64,000 bases of DNA from Marsupella aquatica. Lineage: Eukaryota > Plantae > Marchantiophyta. The stretch covers positions 11,183,832 through 11,247,831 of the forward strand of contig OZ316897.1 in the NCBI GenBank assembly GCA_973895155.1, given 5' to 3'. The notes under the pieces were generated by a model. It saw only the letters and a list, made by a program, of their open reading frames with translations. It did no database searches and was not told the DNA's origin. The position numbers and the translations under genes were made by a program. This document shows positions 46,412 through 60,740 of the stretch, piece by piece (within the stretch, counting starts at the first letter, position 1; every line of letters starts with the position of its first letter).

Positions 46412-48949
46412 CTCCATGGGAACTAATTCCAAGTTTTGGACCTTTAATGTTGATTTATGTCCCTAGTGTAATACTACATATACGGACCATACAATAAATG
46501 GAAACAATTACACTTGGCTTTACAAGAACTCATGGGCCCCACCTATACCACATGCAAGAAGTGGGCCCAATATATGCTCAATTAATTGGAGTGCTTATTT
46601 TGCTCTTTAATCTCTAAAGGTGGTTAAAACATTTCCATACTTTGGTTCCGTCTTTCAAGTGACTATGTACGGTCTTCCCCAAACACAACGTCATGGCTTT
46701 GTGTTCATAAATGGAAAAACATTTAATTGGGCTCTGGGCCTTAAAGGACACTTGAATTCAAACACAACCTCTGGCACCTTAAACTATTCTCCATTAAGCA
46801 CAAAAGGCACAAAAATACAATAATCAATGCCATTATCAGAACACAAAACCAATAGTTGAACCACCACGCCCATTTTCAAACACAATGTTGTGCAAGTATA
46901 AAAATTGAAAAGAAATGCAGCAGTGTAGAAACAATGTGGAGTCTCTCTTATATCTATAGGAGGAATTGATTGACGTGAAAAAATATGAATGTGGATGGCA
47001 AGATCGAGGGGTACCAAAGGACACAACTATCAACCTTTGAGTCCTTTTACAATGTATGGCCAGGATTGGAGGATCTTTATAGGACATTTGAATTTTGAAA
47101 GTACATAGAGACTGACTATAAAATTTCTTTGCAAGGTAAGAAGCACCCTGTTGCTTGAGCCACACATTGGTTTCCCCACTATCCTTAAGCACCAGTTTTA
47201 GAACGTCATTCAAATTCAGCCTTGAAACCTCTGTACATTGGTTTCCCCACTTGTCCTTGAGCTTTGTGTTCGGTTTGTGCATGTTACTTTACTTCAAAAT
47301 TTGAATTCTTTGGACCCCAATGTGTGGGCTTATCAATTGAAGCTAGTGGCGACTCTTTTGTGGAATCTACGTTTGAGTCCTTCAAGGCTGAATGAGGTTT
47401 GCTGATAGATTCTTGAGTTTTTCTGTGATTTATTGTGTGAAATGCAACTGGAGACCGTGATTCATTCGGAGCTTGGGCCGTTTGCTGCTCATAATGTCAA
47501 AGAGTTTGTGAAGTATTCATGAAGCTGGGCTTGTATGGGGAATCACTGGTGGAATCGAATTGGAGCTGGGCCGGTTGCTGTTTGTAGTGTTGCTGTTTGT
47601 AGTGTGGTTGAAGGCTTTTGTCAAGTTTTCCTGAAGCTCAACTGGTGATTGGGATTTGAGTGGAGGTGATTGGAGCTTGCAACGCTTGCTGATACTGGAA
47701 TGTTGAGACTAGTAAATATTGAGCCCATCACTCATGAACAGCTAGCAATAGGACAACAATGAGCCTAAAATTTGGGAAAATAAGGCCACTATCCAAATAC
47801 TTCCAAAATGCAAAAATGTCATTGACAACTATAGTTCATTGAGATGGCAAATGGCTCTTTGAGGCTTTATGTTCAAGAAAGACACCAGTTGAAGGAAATT
47901 GTCAATTGAAATGCAAACAAGTCCACGACTCATTTTATTGCCTAGGTTAGATCAAGCACAAAGAAAGCATTCAAGAAATCAGCCAAGATCAAAGTTGTTT
48001 AGGGTTACATAGACTTTTAAGTGAGCAAAATGAGCATGGTTGAGACTAGTGCTTTTACTAAAAAATGTGAGCTTACACAATTCCAATTGGTTTTATATTT
48101 GCTTCCCATACCCACATTAAGGATGGAAAACATGTTTACCAATGGGCATTTCACTCATGGCATCCTCATTCACTGTCAAGGATAAGATAAATTCTAAATC
48201 ATTCACATCCACGTCCATACTGTGAAGATAGGTGCTGCCAAAATTGGTTGTTGCTATCAGAATCCACTTCTGGTTCCTCCATTGTAACATCAACCTCACT
48301 ATAAACATTGCCAGAATTAGCCGATGGTGCAGATTCAACCATTGTCCCCTCTGTTGGAATGTGAGCACATTTCTCTACTGGAGCCAATGTGTTTGTTACT
48401 CTCTCTCCTCTGCTAGAAGGTGACCACATCTAGTCATCACACCCAGCCTCTTAACCCCTTGACTCCAAGCTAGTGTTGCATTGAATAATTCCAGGTTTTG
48501 GTAGTAATTCTTCATCACTGTCGGTTACCTCCCTAGGGAATCACTTAGAGTAAAACCTCTACAACACCCTAAAAACACGTGAGAACAAACCAATGAAATT
48601 TGATAATTAAAAATTAAAAAAAATTTCAATTAAAAAATCCTTGTACCCTTTATTGTACAACTTTAATGAATTATTATATACCTTGTTGAATGCAAAAATT
48701 ATTATTTTTACCAAAATTGGATTTTAAAATGGCTTTAGTATAGTTTTTAATGATTATTAGCTTGACAAGATTAAAAACAGCCTTCATTTGTTCACAGCCC
48801 CTTTCTTATAATTTAATGAGTGATTCCCCAAGGGTTACCTAAAAATCATGGATCAGACAATCATCAGTCTCATCACCATTAGAAAAGTGCCCAACATTGC
48901 TAGATGAAGCAAATGAATGGCACCTGGGTCAACAATCAACCCATCTAAG

Positions 48950-49760
48950 TGAAGAGATGGAAGCTAGGCCGTCTCAAAATCCCTCTTATACTTGTTGATA
49001 ATCTCTTGCAATCGCTTGAGGTGTCAATTGTTTCACCTCCCAATGCCCGTTCAAGTTGAGGCCAAGTCCACACCTGATCATTGCCTTATGAGCAGAGTTG
49101 ATTCCATGTTTTTGGTCCATTTGTTGATTCATGTCTTGCACATTGTCAGTTGCCAATGCAAAAACTTTTCCTAGGATCAATTTGCAGCATACCTCTTGTT
49201 CGGACTTCTCTTCCATTCCCTTGCCAGTGCCCCTCATGAATCATCTCCATCTTTGTGGCCTCCAAACGGCTAGTGCAAGCATCTTTCATCTTGCTTATGA
49301 CAAGTGAGTCACACGGTTGGACCAATGCGTAGCAATATCTAGAAATTTACAAATTTCAGTTTTATCCTTCCCAAAGCAAGCTCACAGTTTGGGGAGATTT
49401 TATGCCCTTGGTAATTATCCATCCATTGGATGTTGGTCAGCTCCAATCATGAACATTATTATAGTTTGGGGGAGGGTTGTAAAACACTCAGTTTGGGGAA
49501 CAATTGGGGGGTGCAATCTAGTAATTTATTTACAGCTTTTACATTGTCATTAAAGATGTCCCAGTTCACAATATTGTCATTATTTTTAGTGTATTTACAA
49601 ATATGCCACTGTTTTTGTGTATGATTATTGGGGTTACCGATCCCCACTGAAAGCTCATGGAAAGCTCCTTTAAAAATCTCTAGCACACCATTGAGCCACA
49701 TCATCAAGTTCAAGTCACAATCAGGACAATGAATGATGTTCGTTACAAGAAACAAATAGA
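48950..49760 (-). pseudogene. Decayed pogo/Tc1-mariner DDE_1-type transposase fragment
   Basis: The minus strand reads ATH[fs]LVQPCDSLVISKMKDA, the T-x-x-L-Q-P-x-D motif of DDE_1 transposases. It continues to KAMIRCGLGLNLNGHWEVKQL..RLQEIINKYK and is interrupted by frameshifts and stops. Confidence 0.55.
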
Positions 49761-50039
49761 ACTATTCAAGTTTGATGCAAGGCAAGGAAAAACAGTTATA
49801 CACAATAACACTAAAATGATCAAAATTTAGAACAAAAGTGAATTTTAGAACAACAAGCAATAGGGTAAAACTAAGCTAACATTTTGATGTATAGTCACTG
49901 ATATCTTAGTGTTTTACATCAAAATATGGGTCAAAATATTGGTATTAATTATTATTTTTGCAATTTTTTGAAGGAACCAACCAGCTGAAATATAAATAAT
50001 TAAAACCTTTTGGGTTTCAAAGTGCAAAGCAAAGTAAAT

Positions 50040-50750
50040 AATCATTCTTCTTAGTACTTGATAAAATTTGTCAATGTTAGATTGATTGGAAAGCTAATCA
50101 GAGAAACTTAGAAACTCATCACCCCTATAGTATTTGATAATATCTCCCAATGTCACACTCATTGAAAAGCTAGAGAACTTAGAAACTTATTATCTCCTTA
50201 GTACTCGACAAAATACATCAATGTTAAGTTTATCATAAAGCTAGAGAAACTCCAAAACTCGTATTCTCATTGGTACTTAACAAAATCTATAATGGTTAGG
50301 CTCATTGGAAAGCTAGAGAAATTTAGAAACTCATGATCTCTTTAGTATTTGACAAAAACTCTCAATATCACACTTTAGAAATCTAGAGAGATTGATGACC
50401 TCCTTAGTACTTGACAAAATCTAACATGAAAGTTGTCATTGTTTGACTCAATGTTGAAAAGCTAGAAGGATTCATGAACTAAAGATCTGTGTAGGACTTG
50501 ACAAAATATCCAAATGTCACTCATGAGAAAGGCAAAAAATTTCATAAACTTATTTGGTACTTTACTAAATCTACCAATGTGATGCTCATGGAAAACTAAG
50601 AAAAATTCAGTAAATCATGATCTCTTTTCTTACTCATCTCTCAATGAAAACACTTACAAGCATTTTAGAAAAATCAGAACATTGGCAGATTTTGTTTATT
50701 ACTAACAATATCATCGGCCCTCAACCCATTTAGTTTTCATGAGTTTGAGA
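50040..50750. repeat. Degenerate ~70-bp tandem array (~9 units), with an inverted unit at the end
   Basis: cattggaaagctagagaaacttagaaactcat..tctccttagtacttgacaaaatct..caatgt recurs through the interval. A reverse-complement-like copy lies near 50680-50750. Confidence 0.75.
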
Positions 50751-50799
50751 AATGGTTTGAGGGATTTGGACTCAAACTTCCAAATGATCTATTGTGAAA

Positions 50800-51398
50800 T
50801 GTTGAGAGGAATGAGAACCGGAGATGATGCTTTCCGCATTGGAATATTTGGGTTGGGTTCATAATTAGATACTGCTTTGGAAATGAGCAAGAGATAAATA
50901 ATGAATTGCAACATGGAAAGTATCCAAGATTGAAGTTGATCTAGACAATTATCATGAAGGTATAAACAATTAGCTTCAATGATCATGAAGGTATAATTAA
51001 TTAGCTTCAATGATCATGAAGGTACAGACAATTCAAAATAGGGGGAAGCAGGATGGACACCAATGTAGAGATGCTTCATTCCAAGTTGCTCAATGATTCA
51101 CATGCTTTGTTCACATAATCTAGGTAACCACATATGATTCATGAAACAAGGCACATAACTTGAATACAACATTTAATTTCTAAAGTTCTTATCTCTCATT
51201 GAATCTAAGAATAGGTATAGGAAGATGAGGTCCACAAACTAATTACGTTGGTGAAGTTATCATCCATATGCAAAAATTATGACATATTGTAGATTACAAA
51301 TATATTGTGGCTCCATTGTAGGTTAAGAATTAACTTGAGTTCCTGAGTATAATTAGTTTGCCCTTACTAGGATTAATAAAACCTTAATTAGGTTAACA
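50800..51398. mobile_element. Possible solo LTR
   Basis: It is bounded by tgttg...ttaaca and contains a 30-bp internal tandem repeat. No convincing TSD is visible. Confidence 0.3.
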
Positions 51399-52046
51399 TA
51401 AGATACATTCTATATTATTTAACTCTCTTGGAAATGTGGATTGGAGGGAGAACATTCTCTCCATTATTTTTCATATATATATATATATATATATATATTT
51501 TCTTATATAATTTAGACATTTCATGAATTTATCCACTTGTGATGTCTTGTTCTGTATTTGCCTAGGCCGAGTTAATGACTTCTTACATTGTCAATTGGAA
51601 CATTTGTAGTGAAAAAACAATTAAATGTAAAGGCTGAACTATGTTCAGCTATGTGATGGGGGCCCAAAAAAAGCCCCCTAGATACTTCTGTCAAAAATAA
51701 ATACCGACTGCAAAACTTGGAATATAATACTTGTTCTAAAGAGACCAAAACAAAATCAAATGTATTGCAAAACAATATTTGTATTCAGGCAAGATCTTAA
51801 CGGGCTTACTTAGGCAGAGGGAAGAGATGAGGGGAACATTTAATGATTTGTCTTTTGTGTTACTTCATTTTTAATTTTATTTTTTCACTTTGTTCAGCCT
51901 AATGTGACCAAACCCCCTTTGGTCACGGCCCGGGTTTATTAAGTTTTGCGGGAAACTAATTAACACTACGGTACCCCCCATTTGGACGGTGGCATACAGG
52001 TATGGTGATCTCGACAGTGCTGCGCTGTGTACTTCAAGCCTCCCAT

Positions 52047-52570
52047 CGCTTCTGCCTTCTGGGCTCATCGAGAAGTTGACAGCGGGTCGGATGGGGTTTT
52101 CTCATCAGTTACATTGAAGCGCTTCTGCCTTCTGGAGTTTTGGGCTCATCGAGAAGATGACAGTGGGTCGGATGGGGTTTTCTCATCAGTTACAGTAAAG
52201 CAGCTTCATCACACACGCTTTCGTACGCCGCCCTGCTCTGGCGCTCGCGTTGCCCGGAGCCGTGCCGGCTATAAATAGTGGAGAGTGTCCAGTTTGGTCC
52301 ATGTTGGATTCTCTGTTGTTGTCCTGTTGTTCAGCCGAGCGATTCACATCAAGTTTCTGCCTTGTGCAGTTCCTTTTTTTCCCCCTTCGTCATCTGAAGT
52401 TGCTTGTTTCCCTGGATGAGCTTGGTGGGTTCGGACTGATCTGTCTGTCGAGAATCGATTCATTCCTGATGAGTTTGGTGGGTTTTGACTGATCTGTCTG
52501 TCGAGAATCGATTCATTCCTGATGAGCTTGGTGGGTTTTGACTGATCTGTCTAGAGAATTGATTCAAGTC
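52047..52570. repeat. Tandem duplications (72 bp x2 at ~52050-52195; ~52 bp x3 at ~52410-52565)
   Basis: tgggctcatcgagaag..gacag.gggtcggatggggttttctcatcagttaca occurs twice. gatgag.ttggtgggtt..gactgatctgtct occurs three times. Confidence 0.85.
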
Positions 52571-52879
52571 AATTGTTTGCCTTGTGAAGCTGCATGTTTC
52601 CTGGTGAGCTTGGCTGGGTTGGGTGCCCTGGTATTGATCTGCTTCTGTTTTGAGTCTCTGTTTCTTGCGCCTGATGATACATCAGGGCTTGGGGCCATTT
52701 TTGCAACTGGTAACGAGATCAGTTGCTCTGTTTGCGAAACTGTGCTGTAGTTGTCGTCTGTAAGAGCTCTCTAGCCGATACTGCTGAATCCCCAGTCTGT
52801 GCTGTTGTCGGATTCCCAGTGACTTCTGTTTCGGGTCTGTTTCCTCAAGTATTTCGTTCTACTGCAAGCACGAAAGCTT

Positions 52880-53374
52880 GGCTCTCCTCGTGGGCATCGA
52901 GTCCGGGCAGTTTTTGATGGACTGTACGCGTTGTGGAAGGACTTCAGACCATGACCATGACCGTACTTCGAAGTAAGCAAGGCCAGCTCGAGATAGCTCA
53001 CATCAGAGGTCTGCTGAGTATGTCCTTGGAAATACCGCTGCACCTATTCAACTTGTACTTGCACATTGTTTCCACTGCCTTTGCCCAGCCACGTCTGAGC
53101 CATGGAGCCGATCCGCAACCTTTGGATGACAAAGTTTGATTAAGGGGAGTGGATTGCAAAGGATGTGTTGGAGTGGCTGGGCAAAGGCAGTAAGAACGAT
53201 GTGTACGTATGCCATGTGCAACACGGCACAATGAAGACAAGATTTGGATGTGTTTCTCTGACGGAAATGTTCGCGGTTTTGAAGGTACTGACAGGCCTGA
53301 AGCTATGTCTGGAATGGGGTTTTTTGCAACCCAAGGGGAAGCTGTTTTCTTTCAGGCCCGCAGTTTCTTCGTGA
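52880..53374 (+). pseudogene. Possible frame-broken protein-coding relic (unassigned; C-terminus reminiscent of F-box-associated/kelch proteins)
   Basis: Protein-like segments switch between frames (PIRNLWMTKFD*GEWIAKDVLEWLG, DKIWMCFSDGNVRG, LFSFRPAVSS*). A TATA-like ctataaata lies at ~52269. Confidence 0.25.
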
Positions 53375-54860
53375 TGTGTTTTTTTAATTTTGTACGACTT
53401 AGAAACGAGCTTGCAAAGAGCTTCGAGATACCTTTTTCATATTTTTACTCTGGACAGGGCCGAAGATGCAGTTCTATCATAAGGATGAAGTTTAAGGTTC
53501 AATGAAGGACAACTGGAGAGCGATGAACCGTGTTGGGATCCCGAAGTGTGATTTCCAAGGTACCTGCTTGGTACCCGCGTGTACAGTGTTCATAAAGATT
53601 TTAGGGTTGGTATTGCTTGGAACTCTGACCTTTTGCTATTCTTACCGCTCATAATGAGCTACTAGCTTTGGTGGATTGGTCCAAAGTGAGCCGAAAAGAT
53701 AGTGTCTGGTTCAAAGTAGCGGGCTTCTGTGCTTGGTTACTAGAACAGAGGACTTGTGGCAAAAATCAGTGTTTCCGCTTAGACTTTGACCTCGCATTGA
53801 CATATTTTGCTATGTTTTGCTTTGGAAAATTTGGCCACCAGTAATGGTGTCGAAGTCAGATACTTGTGCTACTTGCTTTTCTCGTGCAGGATTTGGCCTC
53901 TTGTCTTTGTGGATGCTAGATTGAACAAGAATTGCAGGATCGCTTCCTCAGCGTTTGTCAGGAATCTAAATCTAGAACGTAACGAAAGATCATAGCGCCT
54001 CAGCGTTGTCAGGAATCTAAAACTACAACGTAACGAAATTTCATAGCGATACCTTTCACCAGAGTCATCCTCGCTGCCCATGCTTTGCGGCGAGACTGAA
54101 ATGGCAGATTTGCCCTTTCCATCCTCCGACTAACTGTGAAGAGAGGGCAGACCATGGCAAACTAACGAAGACAATCGCAAACTAAGCAATTGTCTTAGAA
54201 TTTCTGTACAAAGTCCAGGGCCTCCGAATTTACATATGATTAAATTTGAATTCGTTTCCCCCCTTCGAATCTCAGAACCAGAGTAGTTCCTCAAAAAGAC
54301 AGTTGTCCTAAAGTTTGGGGTCTCCACCAGCAGGATTTTCAAAATCGAGGACCTCCGGCAATACAAACGAGATTGGATTTTTGGGATGAATTCCATCCGC
54401 CATTTTCATTCCCAGCTTAAGATCTTGTTCCAGAAAAATCCCAGGACAATTGTTCCCCACTTTAAGAAAACAAAGTGCATTGGTTGCCAAGTCCAAATGG
54501 ACAGTAGGACCCTTTTCTGTACTCTAAAGAATCAACTTCAAAAGAGAATACGTGGGCACTCGAGGCCCCATCAGATTCCCAAGAAGTCCCCATCAGAGAA
54601 TTATGAGAGGTGAATTCGAACTGGAAAATTTCGCATCCAGGGGAACTTTGAAAACTGAAAACTGAGCAGTGAGCGCTGCCATTCGGCGTTGCCATTCTCT
54701 ACCTCCACGATGTAGACTTGAGTATACATTCGTTAACCTTCAAAATGACGTTAGCATTCTCAAATCTTTCAAAGTTTATCCACGTCATTAACTGGTAAGA
54801 TCTATAACAATTCTAAACTTTGCAACATGTTCATTAGCACACTGGTTTGCAAGGTTTGTC

Positions 54861-57684
54861 CTACTGATCGTTATCATTAAACTCATCAAAGCTAGCCCAG
54901 GGCACGCCCCCAGAGTGAAATGAGGGTGAAAAACGCATGGACTGCTGCTCTACTGTCTTGATCTTCTCATGATCTTCATCAGTCAAAGTGAAGTCCCAAA
55001 TGCTCATGTTCTCGATCAGTCTCTCTTCACGGTAGCTCCTTGGAATGGAAATAACCCCCAACTCATGTATCCACCGAAGGACAATCTGCATGCCACAATT
55101 CCAAGCACGTATCTTCAGTTGCTGCCAGTTTTCCAGCTTTGTTTTGAGAGATGGGGACAAAATCAAATAAACACAGCTGTACTCAGAACTGAGCGAATCT
55201 GGGATGGGTTCCCAAAACTGTTGAAACTATGTCTAGGGCTGCACAAAAGAGTATAACCTGTCAAGAGTAATTTCACCGAAAGGATCTTCCCAAGGGATTG
55301 CTAATCAGCACCTCTCGGTTTTGTGGGTGGGGGGACGGGGGGATTGGTCTCTCATCACAACAACAGTGTCCTAGCCAAGCTGAAGCCATACATTCTATAA
55401 CTTAGAAGCAATGCAAACCTACTCTTTACCTGAGGAACAGTCTTTTGATGTTCGAGAGCAATTTGTATGAGAATCGGATTGTTTAACACATTCATTGAAC
55501 CGTACAATGATCCTGGTGCTCCCAATGGTGACCATGCACTCACTTGTATCCCGTTCTTCTGACAGAAGGCCCTCAACTTATGTTGCTGCCATTCCGGGTG
55601 GAGCTCTATCTGCAAAAATCAAGCACTCATTAACATTGTCCAGCAAATTGTGAACACTCGATCTGTCTTGCATTTAAGCGGCCAAGGAAGTCAATCCTTT
55701 CTAATGAGCACGTGAATACAGTCAGGCTTCCCAAAAACCCAGAGATATATTTTCAGAGTTTTTTTGCAGTTGAAGCAGTGTAGGGTTGTGCACTGACCAC
55801 GGAATATGGTTGCAAAACAACAAGATGAGATGTACCTTCATATCATCAGAGCTACAGTTCCTCACCCTGAATGTACTGAAAGAATGGTATACCTGATTAA
55901 CAGCAGGGACTATCTTTGCATGAGGTAACAGTTCCTGCAACATTTTGACACAAAAATTACTGACACCAATAGATTTTGTCAAACCCAATGCCACCAACTT
56001 CTCCATTTCCTCCCAAGTACCTTTCAGGTCCAATACGAGCCGATCATCAAGGTTTGATTTAAGAAAACTGGTCCCCTTCTTCAATCTGAGAGGCCAATGA
56101 ATCAAGAACATGTCCACGTATTCCACCTGCAGGTTGCTACACACCGATTTCGCGTAGTGAATACCTATTACATTGATCAAATCCTCCCATGAAAGCTTAT
56201 TGCTCGTATTACATGATATGAATCAAATGACTGTAGTGTTCGGATTAAGACGGGTCTGAAGTTCAAATACCAATGAAATGTCCCAACCTTTGCAACTATC
56301 TATTGCTTATTGAACATGCTCGAAGCCCACCAGCTCACCTCAAACTTCTTTTTATAGCAGGAAGAACTTCGTCAATGTGAAGGCTTTCTGGTGCAATCTT
56401 TGTGGTCAAGTACACCTCTTCACGCTTCACAAGGCCAGTTGCAAAGGCTTCCTGTAAGGCATTCCCAATAGCCACTTCCGTAGTGTAAGCTTCTGCCGTA
56501 TCAATATGCCTGTATCCAATCTACAACAAGGGCAACATTATTAGAAATGTTAAGGTTCTGAAGTTGTAATCCCCAGCTTGGAAATGAAACAAAGCTTTTG
56601 TATATGGTCAACAGCATGAACGTTTGGTATCTTTGCTGCATTGATTCAAAACAAAGGGTACATCTAATGAATGCGCACATAACAGTAAAACCAGAGGACT
56701 AAGTACTTCATCATCCTAAAAGCTGTCCGTGCTCAGTCGGAATATCTGATTGAAGTGGTGACCAAGATACTCCAGCTCAACTAAACAACTACGGCGAAAC
56801 TGAGCAGAGAAGTGGGTTCTTTGGCAATTTGATGCACATGGCTCACGACGGAGTGTTAGAAACAGAATAAAAGATTCTAGGCAGATGTTATTTTAGGAAC
56901 AAATCTATGGCAATTAGGGAAGTAGACGGTCAAAGTAATCCCCAATTTCGACCTTGTCATATTGACGATGATGGTACCAACTCATTTTAAGAGACATGGT
57001 GATTCCAGAATTAATATGATTGAGACTCATTCTTCAAACGCTACATTCCGTGCGTGACATCGTCGATGATTTTCCATAATACTTGGGAGAGTTCCCGAGG
57101 ATTGGAATAGTGACCTACATGGTGACCTACATGTGTTAGTACTCTGCGATACCGAACTGTAAACGTACAAACGACAGAAGCATAATGAGAACGAAGACGA
57201 TGAAGAAGAGAGATATCGTCAGTCTACTGGATCCCCACTCGTGATTTTCGTTCGGATTGATTATAATACTGCCCAACATTGGTAGGGGATCAATACTGTT
57301 TCAATCTTGCAAATCACAATCACCGTCGAAATTTGCTGCCGACAACCCTCAACGTTCCATTTCACAAGGGCAACCAAAGAAAACATTCAAGATAACATCC
57401 GAGCATAACCCTCAAATTTTCACCGAACCAACCCAGAATTGGAAGTGGGGTCAGTACCTTCGAAGATTCCTTGAGACACAATTCACGGTGCTGATTCCTT
57501 GAGACACTAATGAAGGAAGAAGTGAGAGAAGGCCGTGGCGATTGGTGGACGGGAATATTACCTCGAGAGCCTTTAGGACCACGGGACTTAACGATTCCGT
57601 GGGGAGGCCAACCCCCAAACCAACCGCAGGACTTGAAGTTGAGTCATTGAGCTTGAATGTCGGCACCTCCACCTTCTTCCCCAT
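54861..57684 (-). CDS. Aldo-keto reductase (AKR4-like, NADPH-dependent), 5 exons, 317 aa
   Basis: Exons 57684-57562, 56520-56339, 56136-55893, 55609-55430 and 55085-54861 are in phase (954 nt). The catalytic tetrad is intact (GYRHIDTAEAY, TTK, LIHWP). Other motifs: KSIGVSNF, PAVNQIELHP, AWSPLG, IPRS. Confidence 0.95.
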
Positions 57685-60679
57685 GATTAATGCCGCCCAC
57701 CTATTCAGGCTTCAGCTTCTCACTCCTGAACCTCCACCACGTTAAGATTCCAGTTCCTCTGTTTTTGCAAGCGAATTTTCCTAGTTGGAAGATGTTTTGG
57801 TCAGTATAGGGTGTGTCCAGCAGCTCCTTGAAAACAAGAAACACTCTGTTATCAAAAGTCACTTTAGCAGGTTTGGATGAGCCACAACGCAGCCTTTCTG
57901 GACAGGTGGGATTGTGGGAAGGATCAGGGCCTAGCAGTTTCAGGAAGTGACTACGAAAGTCCACGAGAGAAATGACCGTTCAAGAGTCATGGGGGACATG
58001 GCCATAATAGATTCTGTTATCAAAAGTAATCTTAGCGGGTTTGTGGCCAAATAAATCCAAAAGCCGCAAACGCAAGTCAGCTGCACAGGTGGGAAGGATG
58101 AGGTCATCAGAGCCTAGCAGTAGTAAGAAGGAAAGTTTATGAGAGCAATGGCCAGTCAGCATTCACGAGTAAATTTTGTGGGATGGCAAGACCAAAAGCT
58201 TTCGTCATATAATTAGTATCTTATGAGGCAATTGGTGCTTCGGCTTTCTTCCACACGTCGGCTCCCGCTCCCGCTCACTTTCACCTATGCCTAGACTCCG
58301 GCATGCAGCGGCACGAGGCAACCAGTTTTGCACTTGCAACCTCTCACTCGCATACGGTTTAGCACTGAGTGAGATAAGCATTGAACTTGTTTGGAACTCA
58401 GCCAGAATAGTAATAAATGGTCTACTACCCCAGGTTTGCTTTCAATTGTTCTCATCATTAGTTTCGCCCCAGGTTTCTATCACCCAAGTTATTTTGGATC
58501 GCCACGTGTGACCTGAGGACCACTATGTTGGACCATCTTCAAAGGTGTTGAAGCAGGGCTAGGTCCACCCGAAGTCGGCATTTTATTGAAGGCTATGGGA
58601 ATTATATATGAACTCGTTGACAGTATCTTTGACGAGTCGATCGTCTCAAGAGGCTACCCGTTTTGAATTGGTCGGTTACAGCACGATGCTTCTTCTGACA
58701 TGCAAAGTTCCTGAGAGTCCAAGACATTTAATTTATTATTCTCCCTCCTACGCGAGCTTGCAAAGTAGGCACTGTTCGAATACACCAAGGCCTTAGTGCC
58801 GGGATTGAAAAACAGTCGTATGGGACTTCATTGAAAAACGGTGGATGATTTTGGGACTCTTGCCCCAAAGTTCTTCTGGAGTCTCTATGCTTATTTATAG
58901 TTTATCTTTTCTTAGTAGAATGTGAAAGTGTTTTGTTTGAGAAGCTCCAAAGGTAGCAGCAGTGATTGAGGTACTCCAACGAGGACCATTCTGCGCAGTC
59001 GCCCAGATTTAAAAAAATTCTTTCCGCGATCACCTCCCAGAGGTGATTTAAATTCTCTTCCAGAAGAGTAATTAAATTTGACAAGCCAATTGTGAGGCTC
59101 CCTCTAAGTTGAGTCATCATGATTATCTTGGAGAGAAGGCAGTAATCAAGCGAATAAAGTTTTCGTGCCATCCCCTTTCTGCGATGAACGCGACTAAACC
59201 TGAACGCCAGACCTTGATTTGACCATATTCTCTCCCAAAGAAAACATGATCCGCAGCTGGGCCTACTTGAATGGCTCCCACTTCCTCACACAAGAAAAAC
59301 TATGGTGTAGTTACTGTAAAGAAAACCGATCGCAGTCATGAACCAAGAATCAAAAATTCATTTACACCTCAACAACAACGACTATGCATGACGCTGGCGG
59401 GATCTACTGCACTGTCTGCGTTGTCGATCTCTCCTAAAGAAGGTGGTGGCCTAGCTGCAGCGCGATCACAAAACTCACCCGGCAGCGGTCGAAACGGAGT
59501 TGGTCCAGCCATGCTTTGGAAAGACAGTCATGATCTATGTATGAACGTAGAACCTTTAATGAGTCACTCGACTAGCAGCAAACAGCAACTTACTGGCGAA
59601 AAAGCGACGATGATGGCCTCGAGGATTGGTCGTCCTCGATGGCACAAATGTTATCCTCGAGCCATCTCTGCACAAATGGGACAGTCATCTCTCTTCAAAT
59701 TTTGTGTCCCTGGCAGCATTTGTCACGTTGCTTTAGACAAACTAGAATCCGCCCAGTCCGCTACGTACAACGAAGTTAAGAGTTTTTGGCCGAGATGAAC
59801 AACTCTGCAAAGTCTTCAGCCACGAAGTCGCCATTCTATCTCCTTCTAGGAAAACCCGAGCCGACGCCGTGGAGTAAGCATTGAGGAAAGACAAGCAAAG
59901 ACCGGATTCGAAACGTCTTTGCTCAATTTGGTCGTTCGCAATTTGATCAAAATAAATCTCGCTTCCAATTCAGCTATATCTTCACAGGAGGGAACGTCCT
60001 CTCTCGTCAAACTTGGTGTCCGGCGGCGATTTGTCACTTTGCTCTTTGACTTCAGAATCTGCCCACTCTAGCGGACGAGGTGAAATTGACGGAGCGCGAA
60101 CGAGTTTGTATTCCCGAATCACTCAATTGTGCTCGAATCGAAGACCTTTCTTTCTTCTACGACGACTTCAATCACGAAGTCCAAATTCGTACCCCTTTCG
60201 AAAAATCAGAGCCGACGTGGCGGCTCTCGACAAGTGAAGGCCGGCAACGTGGCCTAGGAGCCACTTGGCGCCGGAAGCGTGTTAAGAATGTTCTTTTCCG
60301 AGAGGCTGCGGTCACCCGCCATCCCCTCGATCCTTGAACGGGATAGAGATCTACGGTACCAGACCCAACGATGACAGAGATAGGACTTCTGAGGCCGTCG
60401 ATTGAGAATCTACTTAACTGCAGTTAGAGGAGAGCCTCATCGGGAGCGTGTTTCGCGGGAGGGTGGCGGCTCGGAAAAGGATAACGAAGAGCGGAAGGTC
60501 TTCGGAAGCTACGTTACGGAAGCTAAGAAAAGAGAGACCCGAGGGAGACGGAGCGAGGTGCGCAACGGATTGCAGATTGTTTGCCAATTTCGGCACCTGC
60601 CTTGAGCGTTTAGTGGGAATACATATCGGGTGTGGAGCGAGAACTCGAGGCAGAACGATCGTGTCATTCGTGAGGATTT

Positions 60680-60740
60680 AGGAGAAGAGAAGAGGAGAGA
60701 AGAGAAGAGAAGAGAAGAGGAGAGGAGAGAAGAGAAGAGG
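60680..60740. repeat. (AGAAG)n purine microsatellite
   Basis: Seen directly in the sequence. Confidence 0.85.

Noticed and set aside
58287-60600. Protein-coding gene from ORFs such as 59271-59798
   Set aside because: There is no recognisable domain or consistent exon chain on either strand. It may be a decayed gene or non-coding leader, but that cannot be supported.
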